A stretch of 63,995 nt of DNA, filler included, from Reticulomyxa filosa (Eukaryota > Protista > Foraminifera): the NCBI GenBank assembly GCA_000512085.1. It is 23 parts of 23 records of this genome, joined end to end, with 100 filler letters (N's around TTAATTAATTAA, not from the genome) between each part and the next. Parts side by side here need not be neighbours in the genome. Positions count along the whole stretch, not along the records: positions 1 to 3,910 come from ASPP01010262.1; positions 4,011 to 5,414 come from ASPP01001747.1; positions 5,515 to 7,751 come from ASPP01018455.1; positions 7,852 to 11,364 come from ASPP01004250.1; 19 more parts are not named here. One strand, written 5' to 3'. The notes under the pieces are model-generated. The model did not search any database and was not told where the DNA came from. It was given only the letters and a program-made list of their open reading frames with translations. A program made the position numbers and the translations under genes. Positions 1 to 11,030 of the stretch are shown here, in pieces. Within the stretch, counting starts at the first letter, position 1, and every line of letters begins with the position of its first letter.

Positions 1-345
1 AAATAAAACTGTGAAAAAATCACAAAAGGTATGCTTTCAAGAGAAAAGACCAAAAAAAAATTTGTCTATGCTTCATGTTATTTGACTCAATAGCATTCAA
101 CTGCTGATGATGCTGCGCTAGCCATCGATCTTGCCGCAAAAGAACTCGATACTCCTGGCGCTCAGCAAAAAGAAGTTGTCCCTGGAATTCAAAACAGAGC
201 GGAAAGAGGACACTCAGAAGGCAGTGAAAATGAGGAATTGTATAATAATGAACGGCGTTTTACCACCGGGGTTGAAGGAGCAACTGGAACGGGTGACTAT
301 GCCGTCTCAGAATCCCCTGGAATGCTGGCAACACAACAAGAATAA
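1..345 (+). CDS. 3' end of a hypothetical protein (last two exons)
   Basis: A GT-AG intron at 29-93 joins NKTVKKSQK in phase 0 to an 83-codon open exon (HSTADDAALAIDLAAKELDTPG...GMLATQQE*), with TAA at 343-345. This frame is missing from the ORF track. Confidence 0.6.
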
Positions 346-566
346 ATATTGCCTTTTTCTCTTTAGGTGAGTAATGTAGATTAGGGTTCACATGACCATA
401 CTTGAGTTTCTCTCGCCTAAATGTTATTACTTTTTGTCAAAAATTGGATCATTTTGCTAATGAGATTTGTATTTCACTTGCTTGAGTAAAAGTAAAGCAA
501 AACATAGAATCGAAGCGAGGAGACATAAAAGTTTTTCACATCACAATATCAGCATACCATATTTAA

Positions 567-2940
567 AGGGTCAACTTTTTCCAAAAAAAAAAAATCCTTT
601 TGACCTTTTTTTTGATAATTTCTATGTTAAATCGTTGCGCTCCTTCTAGACGCAGTTCGGTAAAGAAAATGTTTATTGCTTTTATATTCAATGCTAAATA
701 TTCATTTGAAAAAAAAGTAGTTTTACGTTTTCTTTTTTGACTTGTCGAAAAAGCGCAAATATTATTAAGTTGTTTTTAAATGAAGTATAGATATCGATAC
801 AAAGCAAGTAAGACAAATTCAAGGTTGGTTTTATTTTTTCTTATGAAAACAATAATAAAATTATTTTTTTGACATTAAACAAAAATAAATTGAAGACTTA
901 AATATGCAAATTCAAAAATTACAATTATAAATAAATAATGACAGTCAATTGAATATTTGATATATGATATATTGTATTTTAATAAATGAAGCATAATGTA
1001 GAAATGCAAAATAAACAATTATAACTATATCGTTTAGAATAAATAATAGAAATATTGAGTTGATTATAAGATATTATTTAATAACTAATCGAAAAAGAAA
1101 TAAAGTTTGTATTATAAATATTTGATATTACAATGAAATAAAATATTTGTAATTGTATAACATTAATTTACAATAGATTTATGAAAGTGATAATTCAATT
1201 AATAGAAAGATAATTGTGATTTTAATAAATTATTTTATATATTTTATGTATAATTTCGAAAGTATTAAAAATAACAAATGAAAAAATCAATATAAAATGA
1301 TATAATTGAAATTTGTATTTAAACAATTTTGTAGATTCAATCCAAAAGAGAAAAATACATTATGATAAAAAAGAAAGTTAACACATAAAATGCCACCTTA
1401 TAGAGATGATTGTGTTTCATGAAAAAACAACATTTAATCAAAATTTTTTTAAAAATAAATATACAAGAATCTTATAGTTTTTAAATATCATTTTGGTTTT
1501 TTATTAAGTCTTTCATGAAATTTGACAATCTTTTTTTAAACAATTTTTGATATTTTCCTTTTTTTTTTTAGGTTTTTGATATTGATTTTTGTCATTTTGA
1601 TTAATTTTGTTGCTGAAATATTGATTACAATAATTAGATGAAAATTTCATAACAAAAATAACAAAATTTGTTGGTGAAAGCATTTTAGTCTGGTCATGTT
1701 TTGGAGCATTATGAACATGTTACGCTTGTAAGATGGAGTAAATACTGATATATAAATTTTATCTGACGAACGTCAATTTCTGCTTACAAAATAAAAAGAT
1801 TGGATTTTCCAGCAAGATAATGCAACATGCCATAAGTCGGAAAAAATTATGAATGATTAAAACAAAAATAATGAATTTTCCTCCAAATTCACATGTTTTA
1901 AATCCAATTGAAAATCTTCAGTGGATAGTAAAGACAATGATCACAAAAAAGAACCATTTAATACTACAGAAGAACTTTGGAACAAATTCGAAATATAATG
2001 TGAAAAATTAGAAAAAAAAATTGTAAAACTGATGTCAAAGAAAATACAGTCAGTTAAAAAGTCAAAAGAGATTTGACACGTTGGTAAACTAATTAAATTT
2101 TAAAAAACAAATCTTATCATAATCAGGCAACCACAAAAAATTTTTTTAAAGAAAATTAAAGATTAAAATTTTTGAAAAAATTAGAAAGACTTAATAAAAA
2201 ACCAAAATGATATTAAAAACTGCACGATTTGTAGATATTTTTTTAAATAAAAAAAATTTTGATTAAATGTTGTTTTTTCATGGAGAGACACAACCATCTC
2301 TATAAGGTGGCATTTTAGGTGTCAACTTTCTTTTTTATCTTACTGTATTTCATTGTTTTCAATGACGTTTTCTTCACAAACTCTTTCATTTTGTGTTTGA
2401 ATTTTATTAGGTAAGATGTATAATTAAACAAAGATATTGTGTATGTGAACAAATGAACTGAAAAAAAAAGATAGAATATTATGTATTAAATATTTATCAA
2501 AGACGAATACTTTATTTTAATTTGTATTATGGTTTGTGGAAAGGTTGTTTATAAATAATTCAATTTCTTTATAAGTATATTTGCTTTAATATCATTCAAT
2601 ATTTTCATTAAATTTCCGAATATAAAACTAATATATATTAAAATACAAAATATCAATATTCATTACATTTTCATCACATATTCAAGCAATTGTAATATTG
2701 TTATTTATATTTAATTGTTATTTTTGATTTTCATATTTAATGCTTCAATTTTTTTTACTATCAAAATATTTTTATTATTTGTCTTTTTCATCTTAAAAAA
2801 ATCAACTAAAATAAAAAAAACCATAGACATTTTCTTTACCGAACTGTATCTTAGAAGGATAATCGTCCCAACATATAATTAAATTATTTTTAAAAAACAG
2901 CAAAAAGGTCAAGCTTTTTTTTGGAAAAAATGTCGTCCTT
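567..2940. mobile_element. Degenerate non-autonomous long-TIR (foldback, possibly Kolobok-like) DNA element
   Basis: About 567-985 is an imperfect inverted copy of about 2635-2940, e.g. CCTTCTAGACGCAGTTCGGTAAAGAAAATGT (642) vs ACATTTTCTTTACCGAACTGTATCTTAGAAGG (~2827), and AAATTGAAGACTTAAATATG vs CATATTTAATGCTTCAATTT. The left end reads TTAA|AGGGTC. Confidence 0.6.
1358..2345 (+). mobile_element. Tc1/mariner transposon, internally deleted, with transposase remnant
   Basis: TA-flanked TIRs of ~160 bp (CATTATGATAAAAAAGAAAGTT... / ...AACTTTCTTTTTTATCTTACTG). Internal motifs GESILVWSCFG, WIFQQDNATCHKS and FPPNSHVLNPIENL match the C-terminal half of the Tc1 DDE domain. Confidence 0.9.
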
Positions 2941-3419
2941 GCACACTCAAGTTTCTTTTTCTGTGTGGTCAACTAAAAAATGCTTCGCGAGCGACTATTA
3001 AAGATATCTGCACATAAGTCTTGAATACCATAAAAACAATTTAAAAAATTTATCTAAACAATTTTCAAAAATTATATCAAATATATTTTTTTAGTAATTT
3101 TCTAAAGCATAAAATAAGGAATCAATAGATTTGAAAACTGCCACTTTTGCAAATCATTAGATTTTTGAATAGCAATATATAAGGAGACTCTCAAGTCAAA
3201 CGCCTCCTTGTAACAGCTTTAGAAGCTTCATAGTAACTGGAAAAAAATCTTCAATAATCAAGAATGTTGAACGGTTTTAATGCTAAAAGACAGCAAAATC
3301 AACGCAATAGAGCAATAAGCCCTGTTAACAGGTTGGATTTTTGTGTTGTACGAAGTGTAGTGAGTCACAAAAAATTTGGAGGAAAAGTGGTGCAGACAGC
3401 ACGTACACAAACGAATGAT

Positions 3420-3790
3420 ACAACAACAGTCAAGACCGACGACAGTCATCTTTTTCGTTATCCTCAACGATAGATCGGTCGGTGAACAGTGGGATAAGTC
3501 AGGAAGCAGCGAATGAAGCGTTGTTGCCGCCTTGTGAGGGGGATGAGTTTTGGGATTACTACCAAGCGAGCGGGCATTTGGCAAGAGCAGAGACGAAGAT
3601 TTTGATAAAAATAATGGAGGAGTTGGCAAGAGACGCATTAAAAGATTTTGTGAAGAGTTGGATTCAGTCAAGAATCCGACCAAGAGAGTTGCCAAACATC
3701 GCGATGAAAAAAGAGCAAGGTAATAAAAGATGGAGAAAGAAAGACTCGATAATGAATCGAAAGATGAGTCCATCAAGTCCATCCTCACAA
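3420..3790 (+). CDS. Exon of a hypothetical protein (partial)
   Basis: Relatively GC-rich open frame (...EALLPPCEGDEFWDYYQASGHLARAE...) ending at a GTAAAA donor at ~3791. The 5' structure is unresolved. Confidence 0.45.
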
Positions 3791-3910
3791 GTAAAAAAAA
3801 AAAAATATCTATATATATGTATATGTATATATGTAATTGTTTATTATTAGTTGCGAAAAAGTTTTTTTTTTTTTTTAAAGCCCCTTTTTTTTTTTTTTTT
3901 TTTTTTTTTT

Positions 3911-4010
3911 NNNNNNNNNNNNNNNNNNNNNNNNNNNNNNNNNNNNNNNNNNNNTTAATTAATTAANNNNNNNNNNNNNNNNNNNNNNNNNNNNNNNNNN
4001 NNNNNNNNNN
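3911..4010. other. Artificial contig spacer (N44-TTAATTAATTAA-N44), first of 22
   Basis: The same 100-bp linker, with stops in all six frames, recurs at 5415, 7752, 11365, 12513, 13613, 17659, 18788, 28949, 30977, 32132, 33659, 37735, 40144, 47638, 49111, 51406, 53346, 55415, 58229, 59386 and 61723. Confidence 0.98.
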
Positions 4011-4153
4011 TTTCTCCTTCTATTTCTTCTTTTATTTGTTCGTGATTTTTGGATTTGGTGCGTTCGACAATTGCTGGACTTTCTGCAACGCTTGACTCCT
4101 CTAACCTTTCTGACTTTGGACACTCTTACATGTCTTGTTCATCCTCAAACTTG

Positions 4154-4873
4154 TTAAAATAAACTTTGATGTTTATTCATTATATTATAAAGGGATTGAT
4201 CTATTATACCTTGAATAAAAAAAAACAAAAACTTAACTTGTAGTTGTTGTATTATCTGGTTCATACAAATAAATTTCTTAACAACTAAATCAAAATGTTT
4301 TTTTATATTTAAAATTAAATGGTTATATAATTCAGATTCCAAACAACTGTGATTACATCCAAATTGTTGAAACCAACACACTGATAATTTCAAAGGACAA
4401 GATTTGTCTAAATGGTCATCAATATCTTTTATTTTCCCTTCGAAACTACATTGTTTTTATTTTTCCAGATTTTTGTCCTTCTTTAGATGTATGGTATGCT
4501 TGTTGGAATTGTCTTGGACAAATTACATTTAAGTCATTAATTTGTCGTTGTAATACTTTGGTTGTCGAATATTGACATCCATTGTGAGGTTGAATTGGAC
4601 ATGTATTGTCGTTTTTATTAAAGAATTGTTTCAAGCAATTCTCTCCTACTACCAATGATTCATCCATATTTTCATATGTTGGATGCAATTAATTTCAACA
4701 GGTTTGTTGGTGATTTGTTTACAAATTAAACAAATAAAATGCTTGATTTGTTCTGCTTGATTTAAATATAAAATCCAATTCTTGTCAAAACATGATTTTG
4801 AATCAAAAGAAATTGGAGTTATTCCAGTTTGATCTCTTTCTTTTGTTTCATCTTTCTTCTCCAAATCACCCAT
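4154..4873 (-). pseudogene. RING/TRAF-type zinc-finger protein (lineage-expanded family), frameshifted
   Basis: CLICKQ...VGENCL...CPIQPH RING-like motif, then ICPRQF..C-FEGKIKDIDDHLDKSCPL..CWFQQFGCNH TRAF zinc finger, spread over three frames. The breaks may be decay or homopolymer errors. Confidence 0.8.
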
Positions 4874-5078
4874 GTTTGCAATATAGCTTTTTTTTGTCTT
4901 TTGATGATTTTTTTAGATATCAATGATCTAGTAAAATTCTCACAAAAGTTTTTTTTGTTGTTGGAATTTTCTTGTCTGACAGGGGGAATGAGCATTTTTT
5001 TATAGAAAACGTTTTTAAATTTTTGAATTTTGATAGCTTCAGAAATGATATATTTAAGAAAGTTTTTACAAAACAGAT

Positions 5079-5414
5079 TTACAAATTTTTATTTATAATC
5101 TTTTTTAACAAATAGTAAGCCATTGTCGACAGTAACAAATGCTGCCCATTCAATGGGAGTAAGTCTTGAATATCCTTTTTCTGCAATAAAAATACAAAAT
5201 AAGTTAATTTGGTGGTTGCAGCAACGTCTTTCAATGAATTTTTTTTGTTGTTTTTATATTTTTTAATATTGTTTGGCTGCAGCTTCCATGTTTCAAACAT
5301 AGATAAACATTTAATAGTTTGATCAATTTTTCCTTGGGTGTCCTTTAAAATTGAGTATATAAGATTAAAGTCAATTTTATGATTCCACATTGCACTTATT
5401 TGCATAGTTTGTTG
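5079..5414 (-). CDS. C-terminus of a lineage-specific family protein (RRCCNHQINLFCIF type), partial
   Basis: QISAMWNHKIDFNLIYSIL... continues after a poly-A frameshift at ~5245 as EFIERRCCNHQINLFCIFIAEKG...TVDNGLLFVKKDYK. Confidence 0.5.
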   Translation of the reverse strand, partial: QQTMQISAMWNHKIDFNLIYSILKDTQGKIDQTIKCLSMFETWKLQPNNIKKYKNNKKNSLKDVAATTKLTYFVFLLQKKDIQDLLPLNGQHLLLSTMAYYLLKKIINKNL

Positions 5415-5514
5415 NNNNNNNNNNNNNNNNNNNNNNNNNNNNNNNNNNNNNNNNNNNNTTAATTAATTAANNNNNNNNNNNNNNNNNNNNNNNNNNNNNN
5501 NNNNNNNNNNNNNN

Positions 5515-6271
5515 CACACACACAAAAAAACAAACAGCAAGCTTTTCATTCTGCAAAGAAGAAATGTGTTGACGGAGTTGTTGTGCGGTTTGATGGAATT
5601 GAGAGGACATGTGATGGATTTGGAGAGCGACAAGTTTGAGATGCTCGTCGTGGTATTGTTGGAATATCACATTTGACTTGGCTATATACTCTTGCAATTC
5701 CTTTAGCGTCCGCTTATTGTCTTCGCTTTCTTTTATTAATCTCTTCATACACTCTTTCATCTTTGCTTCTTTCTCTGTGTCTCTCTCTGACATCGATTTT
5801 GCATTTTCATTTGCATTGGCGTTGGAGTTTTTGTTCATTTCATTCTTTTTTTTTTTTTCAATTTTTATAACTTATATTTCTTTCTTTCTTTCTTTTTTTT
5901 ATATTAAAAAAAAAACTTGTTGTGAAAGGAGTTGCAATTTTTGAGTCAAGTCGTTGATTTCTTGTTGGGCTTTGCTCTTTTGTGCTTCCAAATCGCTGTT
6001 TTGCTTTTTTAGCAATGTCGCAATTTTCTTATATTTAATCACTTCCTTTTGCCATTTTCAATTGTGTGTTCGTTTCTTGTTTCAATAATTGTCGACAAAA
6101 CAACAACAAAAAAGTAGATAATACTTGCTCCAGAGGCGACAACGTTTTCGATGGACTTGAAGGCTCATCACTTCCCTGTTTTTGAGTCTCCTGTCAATAC
6201 CAACACCACAATTCAATTGTGTACTCATTTTGACTTTGTTTTTAACACAATGACTTAACTTCTTTGGACAT
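5515..6271 (-). CDS. Coiled-coil hypothetical protein, multi-exon, 3'-truncated
   Basis: ATG at 6271 (MSKE, then an intron, then ETQKQGSDEPSSPSK...). Later exons are E/K/Q-rich with heptad character (ORF 5838-5530). Confidence 0.55.
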
Positions 6272-6821
6272 GATAACTTTCCTTGAATATTATTATTTAT
6301 TATTTTTGAAGTATATATTTTTTTTTTAATATAAATGTATTAATTTAAAAAAAAAACTAACTCCCGGTCAATCAAACTTCACTTTAATTTTTAAAAAACT
6401 TTGAAGTAGTGTCAACATCATTGTTTGAAGAAGAGATTTAAAAATGTATCTATAGTATTTAAATGACTAGCACTAAACTTAGAATGAAATGAGAGGTAAT
6501 ACATTAATTGATCTGTATGATGTTCGATATCAGTTGCGAATGTTGAACACAGATTGAAAGTGTCATTTTTTATTGACCAAGTATTAAAAAGAGAACATTA
6601 GTTTAATGCTTATGACAGAAAAAATTTTATAGTTGAAATATATAGCTTTGTTTCTTTGTTTTTTCTTTAAATTTTCACTAGAAAATCAGCGAAAGGGGGA
6701 GGATGAGGGGAAACAAATCCTCAATTATGTGTTGTTTTTTTTCTCAGGGTTTGTTTTTTCCCCCTTTATGGTATTACAATCAACTACAACCAAGTACTTT
6801 TTTAAAAAGGATCACAGTACT

Positions 6822-7670
6822 CTACAAACCCATTGGAGTCGCTCGTTTCTTCGCCAGAGGGCGACAAGATTTTTGATGTTTTTTCCAATCAGAAAGCTGT
6901 TCCACATTGCAAACAAAAAAAAAAAGACATACATTTATGTTACATATATAATTTTTGTTTGTGAAAGAAAACAAAAAGTAAAAAACTTGGCACTCTCTGG
7001 AGCAGTAAAAAGCTTGTTTGCACTGCGAGCACCTCATGACTTCTCCACTTTTGCCACAGCAACTACACAATGGAGCAACTTGTGTCAGCTCGGGTTTGGT
7101 TCCATTGACATTACCGTTGGGTTGTCCATAAGCAGGAGACATGTTCATGCCAGAGTACGGCTGCGATCCAGAATAATATGGGTACTGCGATTGACCACCT
7201 GGGGCATGATAGCCATGATAACCATAATTTGGATATGTCGTCATTGAGTTGGTAGGTGTCTGTTGTGTGGGTTGTGTCGATTGTGTTGTTCCCTGTATTG
7301 GTTGTGTTGCTTGCATCATTTGTTGTTGCTGTTGCTGTTGCTGTTGTTGTTGTTGTTGCTGTTGTATTAATTGTTGTGGCTGTGATGTAATCGGCTGTTG
7401 TGGAGTGGTGGATTGGTGCGGTGTCGACGGCAAATTGGTCGGTTGCGTTGACGCTTGTGTGTCTTCTTTTTGATCCACGGACTTTTGCAATGATTTTTTT
7501 CGTGCTTTGTGCTTGCGAGACCCATTGTCCGTGACATTGTTCGCAGCGCTATCCCCACGCGAGGCAGAGGCATCCACGTCCTTTGATTTTTTACGAGGTC
7601 TTCGTGGTGTTTTATTCATATATTCTTGAACGTGGCTTGTTTTCAACAGTGTGTCCTTCATCAATTGATC
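6822..7670 (-). CDS. zf-MYND domain protein, C-terminal part, with poly-Q and a Y/G/S/P-rich region
   Basis: CSCCGKSGEVMRCSQCKQAFYCSRECQ|LSDWKKHQKSC forms a complete MYND finger once an in-frame 90-nt GT-AG intron (6897-6986) is removed. Confidence 0.9.
   Translation of the reverse strand, partial: DQLMKDTLLKTSHVQEYMNKTPRRPRKKSKDVDASASRGDSAANNVTDNGSRKHKARKKSLQKSVDQKEDTQASTQPTNLPSTPHQSTTPQQPITSQPQQLIQQQQQQQQQQQQQQQMMQATQPIQGTTQSTQPTQQTPTNSMTTYPNYGYHGYHAPGGQSQYPYYSGSQPYSGMNMSPAYGQPNGNVNGTKPELTQVAPLCSCCGKSGEVMRCSQCKQAFYCSRECQVFYFLFSFTNKNYICNINVCLFFFVCNVEQLSDWKKHQKSCRPLAKKRATPMGL
7318..7365. repeat. CAA/CAG trinucleotide microsatellite (poly-Gln)
   Basis: TGT/TGC run on the + strand; encodes ~15 Gln in the MYND protein. 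Confidence 0.85.
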
Positions 7671-7712
7671 TCTTTTTATTTTTATTTGTTTATTACATTT
7701 AAACAAGCAAAC

Positions 7713-7751
<39 letters not shown>

Positions 7752-7919
7752 NNNNNNNNNNNNNNNNNNNNNNNNNNNNNNNNNNNNNNNNNNNNTTAAT
7801 TAATTAANNNNNNNNNNNNNNNNNNNNNNNNNNNNNNNNNNNNNNNNNNNNTTGATTTTGTTTTTTTTTTAAAAAAATTTTTGGGGACCCTTTTTTTTTT
7901 TTTTTTATTAGAAAAAACA

Positions 7920-8398
7920 GACTTTGTTGTTTCAGCATTGCCACAATCAGTCTTATGTCTCCCCCATCTTTGGACCTCGTTTTGAACTAATTGTTTTCGG
8001 ATTTCACTTTGATTACTATTATAATGAGACATAGCTCTGCAAATCAATTTGAAGTCTTGTTCGTCTTGTTCTTCTCGTATGGGCACACATATTTTCACAT
8101 CGTCCATATGTAATCCATATCGTAATTGGTCCGCTCGGACCCCTGCCGGCAATGCCCATCCCTCAAATACCTCTTCTTTTGTCAGGTGCTCGGGATCGAT
8201 TTTCACTGCAAACGGGTCCGGATCTTGGTCGAATCTTGGCCTGTCGGGGATCGTGCGCACTGGTTCCACGGGCTGACTTCGCTTCGCAATTTGCTGCTCT
8301 TTTAGCGCGTTGAAGCGAACTACTCTTCGGTCCGTTTTCGCCAGTGTTGGCCTCCTCTCTTTTTTATAACTCATTGACGGAAAAGATCTTTGGCTCAA
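7920..8398 (-). CDS. Hypothetical protein exon, 3'-truncated
   Basis: 160-codon GC-elevated open frame (RSFPSMSYKKERRPTL...GWALPAGVRADQLRYGLHMDD...) ending at a GT donor before a poly-A intron. Confidence 0.6.
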
Positions 8399-8664
8399 TA
8401 AAACAATTGTGAGGGAAAACTTGAGCGAAAGAGATGCGATGGATTATACATAGATGTCCTTTTCATCGATTATCTTTTTTGAGAAAAGGGGTTCCATATT
8501 GAAAAGAACGACTTCAACTTTAATATTTTTGTGAAAATGGAAATGACATAATATGATATTTTTGTAGTTAAATATTTTGCTTTAAATGAATATATCTTCT
8601 TGGTGCTGAAATTTAAATGTCTCTAGAGTGGACATATGATGAGTAAGAAGGAAAAAAGAAAAGA

Positions 8665-9166
8665 TTAGGGCAATTTTGTCTCCAATACGATGAAAGCAAC
8701 GGTGAAGGCTCCATCATGTGAAACACTTAAATGTGTATTAATTTGCTGGCTGCTCATCCAATGGTGGGCAGACCCATAATATTTTAATTGTGGCGCGCCG
8801 TTTGGCTTCTTGTAATATTCAATTTCCGGAAATAACAATCGTTTTTGTGTTGCTTTCACCAATGCTTCTTTGACGGCCCAGCTTTTTGATCGTATTTTTG
8901 TGTTTTATTTATTTTAATTATTGTTCCGCTAATAAATATATTGACCAGAATAATGATATCTTTTTTTGCTTCACACAATGGAAAAGCTATAACATTGTCC
9001 CCAAATATTGCTGTTGTTTTTCCACATTGGATTTTCGCAAAAGGTGACAACGTTGTATTTCGTTAGGATGTAACGCTTTTCGAAGAAATTTGTCACCATA
9101 TTTTTCAAACAAAGTAAAAATCCGTATTGTTTGAACAATATCAACACCAATTCCTTTGATCATCAT
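8665..9166 (-). CDS. acpS: Holo-[acyl-carrier-protein] synthase, AcpS-type 4'-phosphopantetheinyl transferase
   Basis: Exon 1 reads MMIKGIGVDIVQTIRI...YGDKFLRKALHPNE. After an intron at 8882-8993, exon 2 reads WAVKEALVKA...NGAPQL...HLSVSHDGAFTVAFIVLE*. The GIGVDIV, KEAxxKA and SxSHD motifs are all present; ~130 aa. Confidence 0.93.
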
Positions 9167-10371
9167 GCCGTTTGATATTTATGCAAGAATTAAAAAAACT
9201 ATTACCCTATTTTTTCACACAGCACTTTTACGTTGTGATAAACAATATAAAATGAACATTCAAAGTTCCTATATTGGTGTAAAATTGATTCCAGTTTTGT
9301 GTAAACAGGCTGTTGTGTTGATGTGTATTACCAATATCTCAATTGGTATTCAACTTTTGGAAAGAGTCCAATGAATTAATTGCAATAGAAATTTTAAAAC
9401 GATTATTGTGCATTTTCAATAAGTCAATTTTACAAATTTTTTACCGAAATATGTAAAACCACAAAATTGTTAAGATTAGGATTAAACAGACATTAATTTC
9501 AATCAGTTCCACTGTGATTATATACTTTTTGCAAATCCGATACACTTAATTATAAAAAGTGTTATTCATGTGGTGAAATAATATAATTACATTTCAGATT
9601 TTTGTTTATTAAGTAAAAATAACTAATTGTTATCCAAGTCAATGGAATTTCATTTGTTTATTAATTATTTTTTTTCATATTAATTATAACTGACTGCATC
9701 AGAAAAAGTAAACATATATACATGATTTGTACACCATTAATCACACTTTTTTTAAATTTTACAAAATGATTTCTAGTTTTGTAATAATGCCTTTTGCGTG
9801 ACAGAATAAAAAAATATATAACAATTTCAATAAAAAAAACACGTTTGTGACAAATTACAACACTGGAGCACAGTGAGCTAAACTTTCTTTACAAACATAT
9901 CTTGTCTTTTGCTATTTTCTTTATTTCGTTGTAATTATTTTTATTAATTTATTTTATTTTACTTAGATTTACTTTCGGAACCACGTTCTTTCATATTATA
10001 CTTAGTCCCCATAACTGTTCCTGCACTCCGAATTATGAATTTTTCGATATATTTATACGTTTTTTTTGTTTCAATGATAATATTCTCCATTCTTTACATG
10101 CAAATAGTCTGCATTATATAACTTTTTTAAAGAGTCTCTTTATTTTGATTGCACACCTGATGTCGTTTTTGTAGCAAACTATTTCCTGAAAAATACATGT
10201 TGAAAGAACCTTTTTTAAGTTTTGTTTCCTCTTTTAGTAACGTGTGCGTCACAAAAACTTTGAACGCATTACCTACATAGTTTTTATATCAATAATTAGT
10301 TATGTCTGCACTACAAAGAACATAACTCTAGGAGAAATTGTGATGTCTTTACTCAAAAAATTTGAAAACAT

Positions 10372-10820
10372 TTACTTTTGTACAGGTTCAATCTTATGAA
10401 CCTCATTGGCCAAGGATTCTGGGGATGAGAGCTGCATTTTGGCGAGCTGCTGGCCAAATGTTTGAACCAATTTGGTCCAATTTTGTTGGTAATGTTTTGG
10501 AAAAGAGCCATTGGGACAAAGTTTTGCACGTGTTTTCATCATGTACCACCCCAACATGTTCCTGCCAGAGCCATCGTGATTATCCGACCAAAAGTCGTCT
10601 CTTTTGGTTTCATTGTGTTCAATTAAAAACGCATCTTGGGTGGCGTTCAAATATTGGTGGAATTTGAAATGTTGCTTTTCATCAAACTTTTGCAAAAGTA
10701 TTTCAAACATTACTTTTTCTCTTTGCTTGTTCATCCAATTTGGCCAGGTTTGTGCTTGCGATTCATACTTGCGTTTCAATTGAAACGCAGCTTCGCCTGT
10801 TTTTGCCTTTGCAAATTCTT
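10372..10820 (-). CDS. NADAR (YbiA-like) domain protein, 5' exons missing
   Basis: W...REKVMFEILLQKF...YLNATQDAFLIEH....DDFWSDNHDGSGRNMLG matches the NADAR C-terminal signature (L..T....L.E....D..W......G.N.LG). Confidence 0.85.
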
Positions 10821-11030
10821 GCCTTTCATTGCATAAATACATGTACATATGTATACGTATATATAATACAATTTTGTCTTTTCATTAAATATTTATATTC
10901 TCATCTTAGACTTTCCTCCTCATTTTTTTTTTTTATTTTTTTTTTTTTTTTTTTTTTGCATGCAACATATGACCCCCCCCCTCTTCCTTGAAGACAATAT
11001 TGCTTTGTTTGCTTGGACGGGCGGGAAAAG

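Noticed and set aside
3911-4010. Recurrent TTAATTAATTAA palindrome in N runs, and ORFs ending 'XXXLIN'
   Set aside because: Artificial concatenation linker. It is not a CRISPR repeat, telomere or recombination site, and synteny across it is unreliable.
7249-7473. Cys-rich ORF resembling a metallothionein
   Set aside because: Antisense reading of the poly-Gln tract of the MYND gene.
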